Assembly (NCBI GenBank): GCA_036507075.1
Contig: DASXQR010000048.1
Coordinates: forward strand, 1-64,000
Length of the DNA: 64,000 nt
Reading direction: 5' to 3'
Origin: Acidobacteriota bacterium
GTDB taxonomy: Bacteria; Acidobacteriota; UBA6911; JACQSX01
Made by a program: the position numbers and the translations under genes. Shown here piece after piece: positions 32,669 through 43,097 of this stretch (position 1 is its first letter; each line of letters starts with the position of its first letter). The notes below the pieces were generated by a model. That model saw only the letters and a program-made list of their open reading frames with translations, made no database searches and was not told the origin of the DNA.

Positions 32669-32738
32669 AGGCTTTTGTGTCCTTTGTGCGTTTGTGGTGA
32701 AGCCCGAATTACCACAAAGCCACAAAGGACATGAAGGG

Positions 32739-35456
32739 TCAGGCTAATGTTTCCTGCACGAGCGCGTTTTGTTCCAGCAGGTGTTGCTTATGGGAGCCGG
32801 TGGCCGGGCTGGCTGCTTCCGGTCGCCCGATGTACCTGAGTTTCTGCCCTTTGGACAGGAGTTGCTCCAGGCACGGTTCAACAAAGGTCCAGGCGCCCAT
32901 GTTTTTCGGTTCTTCCTGCGCCCAGACGACATCGCCGCAGTCCGGCCATCGCGCCAACTGCTCTTTGACCCGGGCGCCAAGGAGCGGATAAAGCTGCTCT
33001 ATTCGAACGAACGCGATATCGTCTATCTTTGATTTCTCCCGCTCGCGCAACAGGTCGTAGTAGAACTTTCCGGAACAGAAAACAAGCCTTCGAATATTTC
33101 TGCCCGCGGCCTTATCTTCGAGTACCTCCTGAAATCTTGACTGCGTAAAGTCGTCCAGCACCGATGCGGCAGGGGCATAACGGAGCAGGCTCTTTGGAGA
33201 CATGATGATCAAAGGCTTGCGGAAAGGGCGCAGCATCTGCCGGCGCAGGGCGTGGAAATACTGCGAGGGCGTCGTCAGGTTTACCACCTGGATGTTGTCT
33301 TCGGCGCTCAACTGCAGGAATCGCTCCACCCGGGCGCTGGAGTGTTCGGCGCCCTGTCCTTCAAAACCGTGGGGAAGAAGCAGCATCAATCCGCTCATCC
33401 GTCCCCACTTGACTTCGGAACTGGCGATAAACTGGTCGATGATGATTTGCGCCCCGTTCCCAAAATCTCCGAACTGAGCCTCCCAGATGGTGAGGGCGGC
33501 CGGGTTGCCCGTCGTGTAGCCGAATTCAAATCCCACCGCCGCCAGCTCGGAAAGGGGGCTGTTGAAGATGCTCAGCCTCGCCTGCTGGTCGGAGAGATGA
33601 TTCAGCGGCACGTAGGGCTCGCCGGTTTCCACGTCATACAGCACCGCATGCCGATGGCTGAAGGTGCCGCGGCAGGTGTCCTGGCCCGTCAGGCGCACGT
33701 GCACTTTTTCTTCCAGCAGACTGCCCAGGGCGAGCGCCTCGGCTGTCCCCCAGTCGAAGCCGCGGCCTGTTTCGGCCATGCGCAGGCGCTCTTCCAGCAT
33801 CGGTTGCAGCTTGGGATGAAGATGGAAAGATTCGGGAACCGTGGCGATCCCGCGCGCAATTCGTCGCAATGTCTCGGCCGGCACGGCGGTGTCCACGGGA
33901 GCTTCCAATTCGCTCCGGGTGGCGCGGTGGTAACCGGCCCAGGTGCTGTGAAGAGTCTGAGCCTGTTCGGCCGGGGTCATTTCGCGCGTGGTGTCGAGCG
34001 CTTCCTGCAATTCGCGCTTGAAGTTCTGCTCCATTTCGCGCGCCATTTCGGCTTCCAGGTCGCCGCGCCGCACCAGCTCGTCCGTGTACAGGCTGCGCAC
34101 GGCGGGGTGCTCACGAATTCTCCGATACATCGTCGGCTGCGTGAATGACGGCTCATCTCCTTCATTATGGCCGTGGCGCCGGTAGCAGAGCATGTCAATG
34201 ACAATGTCGCGGTGAAATGTTTGCCGGAATTCCACCGCCAGCCGGACACAGTGAATCACCGCCTCCGGGTCGTCGCCATTGACGTGAAGCGCGGGCGCCA
34301 GGACGATCTTTGCAATATCGGAAGCGTAACGGGTGGACCGGGCGTCCTTCGGGTCGGTGGTAAACCCGATCTGGTTGTTCAGGATCAGATGGATGGTCCC
34401 GCCCGTAGTGTATCCTTCCAGCTTTGAAAGGTTCAGCGTCTCGGCGACGGATCCCTGTCCCGGAAACGCGGCATCACCGTGGATCAGAAACGGAAGCACA
34501 CGCATCCGGTCTCGATCGCCACGCAGGTACTGTCGTGCCCGCACCGCGCCTTCCACCACCGGATTGACCGCTTCCAGGTGGCTGGGGTTGGCGGCCAGGC
34601 TGATGCGGATTTTTTGACCGGAAGATGTTTCGTAGCTTCCGGAAAATCCCTTGTGGTATTTGACGTCGCCGCTGCCTTCTACCGCCCCCGGGATGTATTG
34701 ATCTTCAAATTCACTGAAGATCATCTCGTAGGTCTTGTTGAGGATGTTGGCCAGCACGTTGAGGCGTCCGCGGTGCGCCATGCCTATGATCATGTCATCC
34801 ACACCGAGCTGGGCGCCATAATCAATCAATTCCGCCATTGCCGGAATGAGCGTCTCCCCTCCTTCCAGCGAGAACCGTTTCTGTCCCACGTACTTGCTGT
34901 GCAGAAATTTCTCGAAGATTTCCGCCTTGTTCAAGTTGGACAATATCGTCCTCTTGTTTTCCAGCGTGAGAGAAGGGCGGTTGTGCTGCGGTTCGATTCG
35001 CGCCTGAAACCAGTGCTCGATTGTGGGATCCTGAAGATCCATGTATTCAACACCGATGGTGCCGCAGTAGATCTGTTTCAGCGTCTCGACGATCCGGCGC
35101 AGGGTAACCGGAGACTGATCGATAAAAGAGACGCCCGGGAAGGAACAGTCCAGATCGGCGTCGGAGAGCCCGAAATTGCTCATTTCGAGCTGGGGATGGC
35201 TCTCCAGATTGTTCAGCCCCAATGGATCGAGCCGGGCGATCAGGTGGCCCCATTTCCGGTAAGCTTCGATCAGGTCCTGCACGCGCGTATCAAAGCTGTA
35301 TCCGGGAACGGCGCCCCGAAGGCCGCCGTCGTGCGCGAATTCCATTCCTTCGAAAAAGAAGCGCCAGCTCGGCTCGACGGATGCAGGGTCTTGGAGAAAC
35401 TTCTGGTAAACAGACTCGATGTATTCTGCATTGGCCAGGCCCAACTCTGCCTTCAT
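32739..35456 (-). CDS. sucA: 2-oxoglutarate dehydrogenase E1
   Basis: [51 protein letters not shown]. Confidence 0.97.
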   Translation of the reverse strand: MKAELGLANAEYIESVYQKFLQDPASVEPSWRFFFEGMEFAHDGGLRGAVPGYSFDTRVQDLIEAYRKWGHLIARLDPLGLNNLESHPQLEMSNFGLSDADLDCSFPGVSFIDQSPVTLRRIVETLKQIYCGTIGVEYMDLQDPTIEHWFQARIEPQHNRPSLTLENKRTILSNLNKAEIFEKFLHSKYVGQKRFSLEGGETLIPAMAELIDYGAQLGVDDMIIGMAHRGRLNVLANILNKTYEMIFSEFEDQYIPGAVEGSGDVKYHKGFSGSYETSSGQKIRISLAANPSHLEAVNPVVEGAVRARQYLRGDRDRMRVLPFLIHGDAAFPGQGSVAETLNLSKLEGYTTGGTIHLILNNQIGFTTDPKDARSTRYASDIAKIVLAPALHVNGDDPEAVIHCVRLAVEFRQTFHRDIVIDMLCYRRHGHNEGDEPSFTQPTMYRRIREHPAVRSLYTDELVRRGDLEAEMAREMEQNFKRELQEALDTTREMTPAEQAQTLHSTWAGYHRATRSELEAPVDTAVPAETLRRIARGIATVPESFHLHPKLQPMLEERLRMAETGRGFDWGTAEALALGSLLEEKVHVRLTGQDTCRGTFSHRHAVLYDVETGEPYVPLNHLSDQQARLSIFNSPLSELAAVGFEFGYTTGNPAALTIWEAQFGDFGNGAQIIIDQFIASSEVKWGRMSGLMLLLPHGFEGQGAEHSSARVERFLQLSAEDNIQVVNLTTPSQYFHALRRQMLRPFRKPLIIMSPKSLLRYAPAASVLDDFTQSRFQEVLEDKAAGRNIRRLVFCSGKFYYDLLREREKSKIDDIAFVRIEQLYPLLGARVKEQLARWPDCGDVVWAQEEPKNMGAWTFVEPCLEQLLSKGQKLRYIGRPEAASPATGSHKQHLLEQNALVQETLA

Positions 35457-35514
35457 TGTTCAAGACCCTCGATTTTCACTGCGTGACGGTGCACTTTCAC
35501 AGTATAAGAGGGAA

Positions 35515-36894
35515 ATGTCGGCTTTTGAAGCTGAAGCAAATTCTGCAACCAAAGCACAACTCGTGAGGAGCCTCGGATTCTGGGCGTCCACGGGAATCGT
35601 TATCGGCGTTACCATCGGCTCCGGGATATTCCGAACTCCCGCCGGAATCGCTTCGCGCGTACCCAATCCCGCTCTGATGCTGTCGATCTGGGCGTTCGGC
35701 GGCCTGATTACCATTTGTGGAACGCTGACACTGGCCGAGCTTGGCGGACTCTTTCCCGACACGGGCGGGCTATACGTATACATTCGTGAAGCATGGGGCA
35801 GGCTGCCGGCATTTCTGTTCGGCTGGTCTCAACTGGTGCTGATCAGAGCGGCCGCGCTGGGAGCAATTTCGACGGTGTTTGCGGAATATTTTCTGCGCTC
35901 CATCGGATTCAATCCCGACGTTTATCCTGCTTCGGTTCATTGGATCGCCGCCGCGGCGATCGGATTCGCGACTCTGGTGAACATCCGCGGCGTCCAGTTC
36001 GGGGCCGCCGTCGTAGGGGGCGCGACGGTAGGGAAATACGGCTCGCTTGCCGTGCTGGTAATTGCTTCGATGCTTCTGGGCGGAAGTCGAGGCGGGAGCT
36101 TCCAACATTTCACGGCGACCGGGACGGTGAATCCAGGCCTTTTCGGCCTGGCGTTGATTTCCGTGCTTTGGGCCTATGACGGATGGGCGGATCTTTCGTT
36201 TATCGGAGGAGAAGTAACGAACCCGCAGCGTAATCTTCCTCGAGCGCTCATCTTTGGGACCTTGTGCGTGCTGGTGATCTACCTGCTGGCCAACGTGGCT
36301 TACCTCTATATGAATCCGATTCAGCAGGTAGCGAAATCGCGTTTGATCGCCGCCGACGTGATGTTTGCGCTGTTCGGGCGGCTCGGGGTGGCTCTGGTCT
36401 CCGTGACGGTGATGATTTCAACGTTTGGGGCGGTGAACGCAAGCATGCTGACTTCGCCGCGAATCTTCTTTGCGCAGGCAGATGATCGCCTCTTTTTCAA
36501 ATCCATTGCCAGAGTGCATCCGCGGTATCACACTCCTTATGTTGCCATCGGAATGACGGGAGCGCTGGGAATTCTGTTTGTGCTCACCAGGACATTTGAA
36601 CAACTCTCCGATACATTTGTGTTGGCCATGTGGCCGTTTTATGCCCTTTCGGTCGCGGCCGTTTACCGTCTGAGACGCAGCCGCCCCGAAGCGATACGCC
36701 CCTACCGCACACCCGCCTACCCGGTGCTGCCGTTAGTATTCATTGCCGGCGTCGGCTACATCATGGTCAATGCCTTTGTGACCGAGATGCTCTGGAGCAG
36801 CATCGTATTCGGGATCGTCCTGGCCGGTGTTCCGGTTTACTGGTTTTACTTCGGCCGGCGTCCCGCTGCACCTGGGATAGAACCCCGGGCGTGA
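35515..36894 (+). CDS. APC family amino acid permease
   Basis: G.TIGSGIF, AELG..FP.TGG.YVY, WAYDGW, GEVTNPQRNLPRA; about 12 TM helices. Confidence 0.92.
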   Translation: MSAFEAEANSATKAQLVRSLGFWASTGIVIGVTIGSGIFRTPAGIASRVPNPALMLSIWAFGGLITICGTLTLAELGGLFPDTGGLYVYIREAWGRLPAFLFGWSQLVLIRAAALGAISTVFAEYFLRSIGFNPDVYPASVHWIAAAAIGFATLVNIRGVQFGAAVVGGATVGKYGSLAVLVIASMLLGGSRGGSFQHFTATGTVNPGLFGLALISVLWAYDGWADLSFIGGEVTNPQRNLPRALIFGTLCVLVIYLLANVAYLYMNPIQQVAKSRLIAADVMFALFGRLGVALVSVTVMISTFGAVNASMLTSPRIFFAQADDRLFFKSIARVHPRYHTPYVAIGMTGALGILFVLTRTFEQLSDTFVLAMWPFYALSVAAVYRLRRSRPEAIRPYRTPAYPVLPLVFIAGVGYIMVNAFVTEMLWSSIVFGIVLAGVPVYWFYFGRRPAAPGIEPRA

Positions 36895-36962
36895 GAACAT
36901 GAGAAAAAATTAACCGCGAAGGCGCGAAAGCGCGAAAGCAAAAATTGCTCTAGTCCTTCTGA

Positions 36963-38051
36963 ATGGCCAGAACCACAGAAATTTCATTACTTAGTCATAG
37001 TTCGGCAACCGGTGATCTATTTATTTCGCGCCTTCGCGCCTTCGCGGTTCCGGCTTTTTTTTTGCTGTCAACTGCCTGTTTCTTGAGGGCTGCAGAATCG
37101 GGAGCTTTCAGTACTCCTGCCGCTGTTTCTTCGGAGAATCCTACCAGCGCTCAATTCGAGTTTAGAGGAACCGTCGTGCAGCCGAATCAGAAGCCTTTCG
37201 GGAATGTTCTGCCGGTGGTGTTTCTACGCGGCGCAATCACTCCCTTTACTTCCCAAACGCTGGCGGACGGCGCTGGAAAATTCAAGTTCAAGAATCTCCA
37301 GCAGGGTATGTACACGCTGACCGTCGCCATTCCCAATGCCGGCCAGACGCAACAGACCATTGAAGTCGGCCCCAGTGTGGCTGATGCAAAGCGGATAGTC
37401 CGGAAGACCATCGTCTTTGATTCCAGTTCCGATCGTGAGTCGCATGTGGTGTCGGCGCGCCAATTGTCCGTCCCCGATAACGCGCGCATGCTTTACCAGA
37501 AAGCGGAGGAGAGGTTAGGAAAACGGGATACACCCGGCGCCATAAAGCTTCTGGAAAGAGCGGTCGAACTCGCGCCTCAGTTTTCTACAGCCTGGAATCA
37601 TCTTGGAACGATTGCTTACCAGACTCAGCGGTATGATCAGGCCGAACAGTATTTCCGTGAGGCCCTCAAGCAGGATCCCGATTCCTATGCTCCTTTAGTC
37701 AACCTGGGAGGTACTTTGCTGGCGAAAGGAAAAGTGGAAGAATCGCTTCAGGTGAATCTCCGGGCGGTCAAGGCCCGGCCCGACGATGCGCTGGGCCACT
37801 CGCAGCTTGGGCAGAGTTATTTTCTGCTGGGACAACTCGACGATGCCGAGACGCAGTTAAAACAGGCCAAGGCGCTCGACCCGATGCATTTTTCGCTCCC
37901 ACAACTGCTCCTGACCAAAATCCATCAGGCCAGGGCGGACTACCCTGCAATGATTCGCGAGTTGGAAGAGTTCCTGCGCCTTCATCCCGATTCCGACCTG
38001 GCGCCACGCATGCGCGAACTGCTGGAGAAGGTCCGACCCTGGGGCCGATGA
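36963..38051 (+). CDS. Exported carboxypeptidase-regulatory-like domain plus TPR repeat protein
   Basis: GKFKFKNL..G.YTLTV beta domain followed by several TPRs (AWNHLG..A, NLGGTL, LGQSYF). Confidence 0.8.
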   Translation: MARTTEISLLSHSSATGDLFISRLRAFAVPAFFLLSTACFLRAAESGAFSTPAAVSSENPTSAQFEFRGTVVQPNQKPFGNVLPVVFLRGAITPFTSQTLADGAGKFKFKNLQQGMYTLTVAIPNAGQTQQTIEVGPSVADAKRIVRKTIVFDSSSDRESHVVSARQLSVPDNARMLYQKAEERLGKRDTPGAIKLLERAVELAPQFSTAWNHLGTIAYQTQRYDQAEQYFREALKQDPDSYAPLVNLGGTLLAKGKVEESLQVNLRAVKARPDDALGHSQLGQSYFLLGQLDDAETQLKQAKALDPMHFSLPQLLLTKIHQARADYPAMIRELEEFLRLHPDSDLAPRMRELLEKVRPWGR

Positions 38052-38246
38052 GTCCGTTGTCAGTGGTCCGTTGTCAGTTGTCCGTTGTCCACTGTCAGTT
38101 GTCGAAGGGTAGTAATGAAGCGGGAGCACTGGGGATTACTCGACTACGCGGTAACAACCTGCCACGGACAACGGACCACTGACAACGGACCACGGACAAG
38201 ATTAGAGCAATTTCGCTTTCGCGCCTTCGCGGTGAATTTCTTCTCA
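38052..38246. repeat. 7-mer inverted element (GTCCGTT/ACAACGG) plus an 8-mer TTCGCGCC arm
   Basis: Same units as at 3335 and 9501. Confidence 0.85.
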
Positions 38247-38281
38247 CGGGCCTGTCCGAGACGCGTGTCGGTTGCCTCGTC

Positions 38282-39013
38282 TCATAACTTGGCCAGCACG
38301 CGCCTGGCGAATTGTCGCAGTTGCATGGAATCGGCTCCCCGGACTTCAAATTGAAGGGCTACAGCCAGGTTATCTTTCAGTGCCAGAATCTCAACCCTTG
38401 TGCGTTCCTCGTGGGTTCTGGAAAAGGCTGGAACGCCGGCGTCGGCAAGCAGGAGCGGCAGTCGCGGTCCGATATTCGGGTCGCCTCCCCGCTTTCGCAC
38501 CAGGGCGCAATAGAGTTCGTGGTAACGACGGAATGCAGTCGATTCAGGATAAGTAAAGTAGCCGCTGAAATCAATGTCTTCGAGAATGGCAGTCCCGCCG
38601 GGGCGTAGACAGCCGTAGAGGGCTCGAACGATGCGAGCGGGATCGTCAAGATGTGTAAGCAGGAACCTTGCGTAGACGACGTCAAAGGCTTTCCCGATGT
38701 CATCGGTGCGAACATCGGCAACGCGAAACTGCACGTTGCTGATTCCCAGCTCTTCGGCTTCGCGACGGGCGAGATTGAGGTTTGTCTCATTTATGTCGAC
38801 ACCCAGGACGCTCCCGCCCGGACCAACGTGCCTGCACATCTCGAATGTCGCATCTCCTCCGCCGCAGCCGACATCCAGGCAAGCCATTCCATCGGCAAGT
38901 CCCAAACGGGAAAAAAGAGAGCTGGTGCTGGCGTGCATGACGCGCGAAAGAAGTCTGAGACGTTCTCGACCTTCGACCCCGCCCCGCATCACGTAGTGAT
39001 CCTGTTTTCGCAT
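38282..39013 (-). CDS. Class I SAM-dependent methyltransferase, C-terminus possibly aberrant
   Basis: LDVGCGGG, LGVD, FDVVYARFLLTHL, LRPGG, GDPNIGPRLP. Confidence 0.8.
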   Translation of the reverse strand: MRKQDHYVMRGGVEGRERLRLLSRVMHASTSSLFSRLGLADGMACLDVGCGGGDATFEMCRHVGPGGSVLGVDINETNLNLARREAEELGISNVQFRVADVRTDDIGKAFDVVYARFLLTHLDDPARIVRALYGCLRPGGTAILEDIDFSGYFTYPESTAFRRYHELYCALVRKRGGDPNIGPRLPLLLADAGVPAFSRTHEERTRVEILALKDNLAVALQFEVRGADSMQLRQFARRVLAKL

Positions 39014-39099
39014 TTTATTTCGTTAAAGCTGCGCCGTCGCCAGCCGCAGAACACGACCGGAAGGGAGCGGCGCACCAATACGCTATAAAACTGGAATCG

Positions 39100-39774
39100 C
39101 TATGCTGGAACTATTTTGAAGTTAGCGAAATCTCCGCCGGAGTTGTTCCCCACCCATAGACCCACCAATCCTTTCTTGCGGTCGCTTAACTGGTTGACGA
39201 CTAAGCTGGGTTCTTTCGCATCAGCGACAAAGACGCTCACCTTCGGGCTCGCGACGACAACGCGCACATGGAACCAGGCGTTCGGATCCGGCACGGGATT
39301 AACGGCCAGCTCGTACTTCCCCGGCTGCTCGGTTCGCAACTTCTGCCACGTATAGGTGGGATGAGAGATGTATTGTACGGCGCGGATGCGCCTTGCCGGG
39401 TCTTCAGCCCTGAAGTTGAACGGACGGAAGTAGATCGCATCATAAGTGGTTCCATCAACGCCATGAAAAGCAACACCGACGAAGCTCTGTTGCTGAACGT
39501 CCTTGCCCTTGACATCAAGGTCAATGGTGCCATTGGTGAACTCAATCCCTTGCAGGTACGCTACGCCGTCGCCGGGGTTTTCACTAAGACGAACACCTTT
39601 CTTAGCTCCGTCGTTGAGGCTGCTTACGCTGCGGTTGAAGACTTTCAAGCCTTTTCCTTCGGCAAGCTCAGCTAGATCAGGCTCGATCGTTTTCTTCTGA
39701 CCGACAATCCTGGTAGCAGTGGACAGTCCAACGGCACAGGCAAACGTAGAGATTACAAAATCACGTCTGTTCAT
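39100..39774 (-). CDS. Exported beta-sandwich protein (DUF1080/concanavalin-like), Tat-like signal
   Basis: MNRRDF; FTNGTIDLDV.G, FVGVAF, YFRPFN, WFHVRVVV, GLWVG, FAN. Confidence 0.65.
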   Translation of the reverse strand: MNRRDFVISTFACAVGLSTATRIVGQKKTIEPDLAELAEGKGLKVFNRSVSSLNDGAKKGVRLSENPGDGVAYLQGIEFTNGTIDLDVKGKDVQQQSFVGVAFHGVDGTTYDAIYFRPFNFRAEDPARRIRAVQYISHPTYTWQKLRTEQPGKYELAVNPVPDPNAWFHVRVVVASPKVSVFVADAKEPSLVVNQLSDRKKGLVGLWVGNNSGGDFANFKIVPA

Positions 39775-40829
39775 AGCTTTCCTTTCGTTTTGAGCTGATT
39801 ATCGAAAAAGGCTTTCATGGACGCGAAGGCTTCCAGGGTGAAGCGGTGCTCGCCTGGCGGTTGGTGGATGACGAGAGCATCAGGCGCGCCGGCCTTCAGA
39901 TACGCCGGGCGCACTATCCCGATAAACGCATCCACACCCTGTTTTGGCATTCCGATATCCTGTTGCGGAGCCCACAGCATGAGAGGTCGCGGCGCCATGG
40001 CGGCGGCGAAATACGCCTGGTCTCCCTTCTGTAACATCCCCGGAATCCACCAGTAAAGACCATGATAGGCCGGAGTGCCGCGCTCCAGCAGCGATTGAAC
40101 GGATCCGACTCCGCCGCAGATCGGCGCGGCGGCGGCAATTCGGTCGTCCGCCAGCCAGGTGTAAAAGGCAGTAATGCCGCCAAACGACATGCCTGTAATT
40201 CCAATTCGGGCCCGGTCTACGTCGGGACGCTGGCGCAGGTATGTGATCGCCTGCCGGATCTCGTAAACAATCGCCCCCATGAGCGTGCGCCCGCCCACCA
40301 GCATTGCTTTTGCCTGGTCGTTTGTGTCGGGCGTCCTCCGATCCAGTCCGCGCTGAGTCAACGACAATGTAAGATAGCCGTGACGAGACAACTCTCGGGC
40401 CCACCCCAGCAACCTCTGGTGAGGAACCTTATCTCCCGGTCGGAGCCAGTCCCCTTCGCCGAATGTCCGCGTTGTCTCTGACTCTCGACTGCCGCCCGTG
40501 CCATGAAGGCAGATGATCGCCGGAAAAGGTCCCCTGCCTTCCTTGGGACGGATTACAAATGCCGTCGGTCTTTGCTGATCAAGGGACTCCCAGGAGACAT
40601 CCTGGATCAACAACCCTTCTTCGTCGTTACTGGATTGAACAGATACGGCTACTGGCGGCGGAGCAGCACTGATCTTCAACAGATCTGCAAAAATCCGTCG
40701 CGCCTCTGTTGCAGAAAGAGCACTGGCCGCCGCCAGCAGCACTGCAAGCCGCAACGCTCCGAACTGGACGCTGAAGCTGACAAAAGCCATCAGGACCGCG
40801 GATCGCTTAATGTGTCTTTGAGTCTTCAT
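39771..40829 (-). CDS. Alpha/beta hydrolase (dienelactone hydrolase/esterase-like)
   Basis: PAIICLHG, RPDVD..RIGITGMSFGG nucleophile elbow, APRPL, GEH. Confidence 0.85.
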   Translation of the reverse strand: MKTQRHIKRSAVLMAFVSFSVQFGALRLAVLLAAASALSATEARRIFADLLKISAAPPPVAVSVQSSNDEEGLLIQDVSWESLDQQRPTAFVIRPKEGRGPFPAIICLHGTGGSRESETTRTFGEGDWLRPGDKVPHQRLLGWARELSRHGYLTLSLTQRGLDRRTPDTNDQAKAMLVGGRTLMGAIVYEIRQAITYLRQRPDVDRARIGITGMSFGGITAFYTWLADDRIAAAAPICGGVGSVQSLLERGTPAYHGLYWWIPGMLQKGDQAYFAAAMAPRPLMLWAPQQDIGMPKQGVDAFIGIVRPAYLKAGAPDALVIHQPPGEHRFTLEAFASMKAFFDNQLKTKGKL

Positions 40830-41066
40830 TTGCCCTTTTCCTTAAGTCTACAGGCTGTGGATTCGCAACACTGCTTTCACCGCAGAGACGCCAAGATCGC
40901 CGAGTCTCGCAGAGTCCATAAATCAGGCTCTGCGACATTTCAGCGTGCTCTGCGAAGGCGGCGAATGCCACGATGCCGTCTTCACAAACCTGTATTCAAG
41001 GCAACACGCTTACTTCTAAAGCTTATGAATAATCCCGGGCCTGCTGTGCCGCGGGTGCAGCCCGCG

Positions 41067-42476
41067 CTACCGCGCTGGTCTTCTTGCCGCCCGGTCTTCG
41101 GGAGGCATTGTGTTCACTTTCGGCAGATGCCTGCGAAGCCTCTCCTTAATCGAAGCATACTCGGCCCGGGCGGCGAGATTCGTCCACTCCAGGGCGTCTT
41201 TGCTTTCGTCGTACAATTCCTCGCCTCCGTCGTTGTAGCGGATGTAACGCCACTTTTCGGTGCGGACCGCGTGGTTGTTATAAAGGTAAGTGGTGCGCGC
41301 AGGGCGCTCCCATTGGGCATTCGGGTTTTTCAGCAGCGGGCGGATGCTCACTCCTTCCACGTGGGCGGGTATCGGCAAACCGCAAAGTTCCATCAGCGTA
41401 GGATAGATGCTCATAAAATCCACAGTCCTGCCGCATACCGCATTGGGTTTGGTCACACCCGGTGCGATCCATATCAGAGGCGCGCGGGTTCCCTCCTCCC
41501 ACAGTGTGAATTTGCGCCAATGCAGTTTTTCCCCCAGGTGCCAGCCGTGATCTCCCCACAACACGATAATCGTGTTGTCCTTGTATGCGCTCTGATCGAG
41601 CGCGTCGAGAAGCCGTCCGATATTCATATCTGTAAAGGTGATAGCGGCAAGATACCCCTGCACCGCTTCTTTCCACCGGCCTGACTGGAGAATTTCAGCG
41701 TGATCCCCCCAGGGTTTCGCCATCTGCACACCGGCAGCAGGTATGTCCTGCAGATCTGTGTCCAAGACCGGCGGCAGTTGAATCTGGTCGAGAGGGTACA
41801 TGTCGTAGTATTTTCGCGGCACGTTCCAAGGCATGTGCGGTTTGTGCACGCCGCAGGCAAGAAAGAATGGTTTATCGTGCCTGCGCTTTAGTTGGTCGAT
41901 CGTCCAGGTAACGATCCGGTAATCACGCATATCTTCGTCTTTGCAGTCGAGTGGCGCAAATTTGATCCCGCCCACCCCGTCGTTCGTTCCTGTGGGCGGC
42001 GGATCAGGGCCTTCCTTCCGCAGATACGCGTCCCACTCGCTGTCGCGCCTGTAGAGCTCGTGGTAAATCTTGCCGGCCCCGGCGACAAAATATCCGTTCT
42101 TTCGAAACTGCGTCGGTAGCGTATGGCTCTCGGCAATCTGCGGCCGCCAATCCGTTCCGTTGTCGTAAACGCCGCTGGTGGAAGGAAGCAGACCGGACAT
42201 GAGCGCCGCGCGCGACGGATTGCATACCGGAGCTGCGCAGTAGCTGCGTGTGAACCGCACTCCGCGGCGCGCAATTCGATCCAGATTGGGTGTTTTTACC
42301 TGGGCATTGCGTCCCAGATAGCCCACCCAGTGATTCAAATCGTCAATCGCAATAAATAAGACGTTGGGCCTGGAGGAATGGCCGGGTTGTTCGGGCGGAC
42401 GGGAAAAGAGCCAGCCTGCGGTAATGCTGAGCGCTGCGAGGACAATGCAAAGACGGCGAAGGTTCATCATAAACAC
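41067..42476 (-). CDS. Sulfatase (iduronate-2-sulfatase/choline-sulfatase-like), exported
   Basis: PNVLFIAIDDL, CNPSR (formylglycine motif), GKIYH, KPHMPW, GDHGWHLGEK. Confidence 0.93.
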   Translation of the reverse strand: MFMMNLRRLCIVLAALSITAGWLFSRPPEQPGHSSRPNVLFIAIDDLNHWVGYLGRNAQVKTPNLDRIARRGVRFTRSYCAAPVCNPSRAALMSGLLPSTSGVYDNGTDWRPQIAESHTLPTQFRKNGYFVAGAGKIYHELYRRDSEWDAYLRKEGPDPPPTGTNDGVGGIKFAPLDCKDEDMRDYRIVTWTIDQLKRRHDKPFFLACGVHKPHMPWNVPRKYYDMYPLDQIQLPPVLDTDLQDIPAAGVQMAKPWGDHAEILQSGRWKEAVQGYLAAITFTDMNIGRLLDALDQSAYKDNTIIVLWGDHGWHLGEKLHWRKFTLWEEGTRAPLIWIAPGVTKPNAVCGRTVDFMSIYPTLMELCGLPIPAHVEGVSIRPLLKNPNAQWERPARTTYLYNNHAVRTEKWRYIRYNDGGEELYDESKDALEWTNLAARAEYASIKERLRRHLPKVNTMPPEDRAARRPAR

Positions 42477-42730
42477 CTCGATATTTTCACTGTGCTTGAT
42501 CCCAGGATCGATATCATACCTTTACCGGCGCTATGCTTGCCACGAAGACACGATGACACGAATAGCGCAGAAGGTCTTCGCCGATTTACATTACCAAGTG
42601 CCCTTAAGGTTTCCGCAGGCTCGGCCTGGGCAAGGTCATCGGAAAACGCACCTGGGGCGCCCGGCGCGCGCGCCCAGGCACATGTCCCTCGATAATCGAA
42701 ACGCCGACTATCACCTGATTCCGGGATTAG

Positions 42731-42807
42731 TGGTGGGCGCTCGCGGGCTCGAACCGCGGACCTCCGCCGTGTGAGGACGGCGCTCTAACCAACTGAGCTA
42801 AGCGCCC
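42731..42807 (-). tRNA. tRNA-Val(CAC)
   Basis: GGGCGCTTAGCTCAGTTGGTTAGAGCG-CCGTC CTCACAC GGCGG-AGGTC-CGCGGTTCGAGCCCGCG-AGCGCCC-ACCA; full cloverleaf with encoded CCA. Confidence 0.97.
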
Positions 42808-42861
42808 CTTTTTTGCAGGGAAGAAGAGTATAACCAGCCTCGCCGTGTTACTTCAACGCCT

Positions 42862-43072
42862 TAAAGTCGAAGGTCGAATCGTCGAAAGTCAAAGGTCCAA
42901 AGTCGAAGGTCGAAGGTCAGCGCAATCATCGGTATGGCGACTGTAGGCAACGGAATGACGGGCCCTGCAGATCTTCTTGGCGATCACGATACAGATGGTA
43001 ATCCCAGGACTTTCGACCTTCGACTTTATGACTTTCGACTTTTTGGATTCGACTTTCAAACTTTCGATTTTA
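42862..43072. repeat. 7-mer inverted element (AAGTCGA/AGGTCGA vs TCGACTT)
   Basis: Left arm 42862-42918, right arm 43007-43072. Confidence 0.88.
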
Positions 43073-43097
43073 AAGGTAGTTGTGTTTTGATAATGCG

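Noticed and set aside
42731..42807. Integrative element at tRNA-Val
   Set aside because: No integrase, and I found no duplicated tRNA 3' end in the window.
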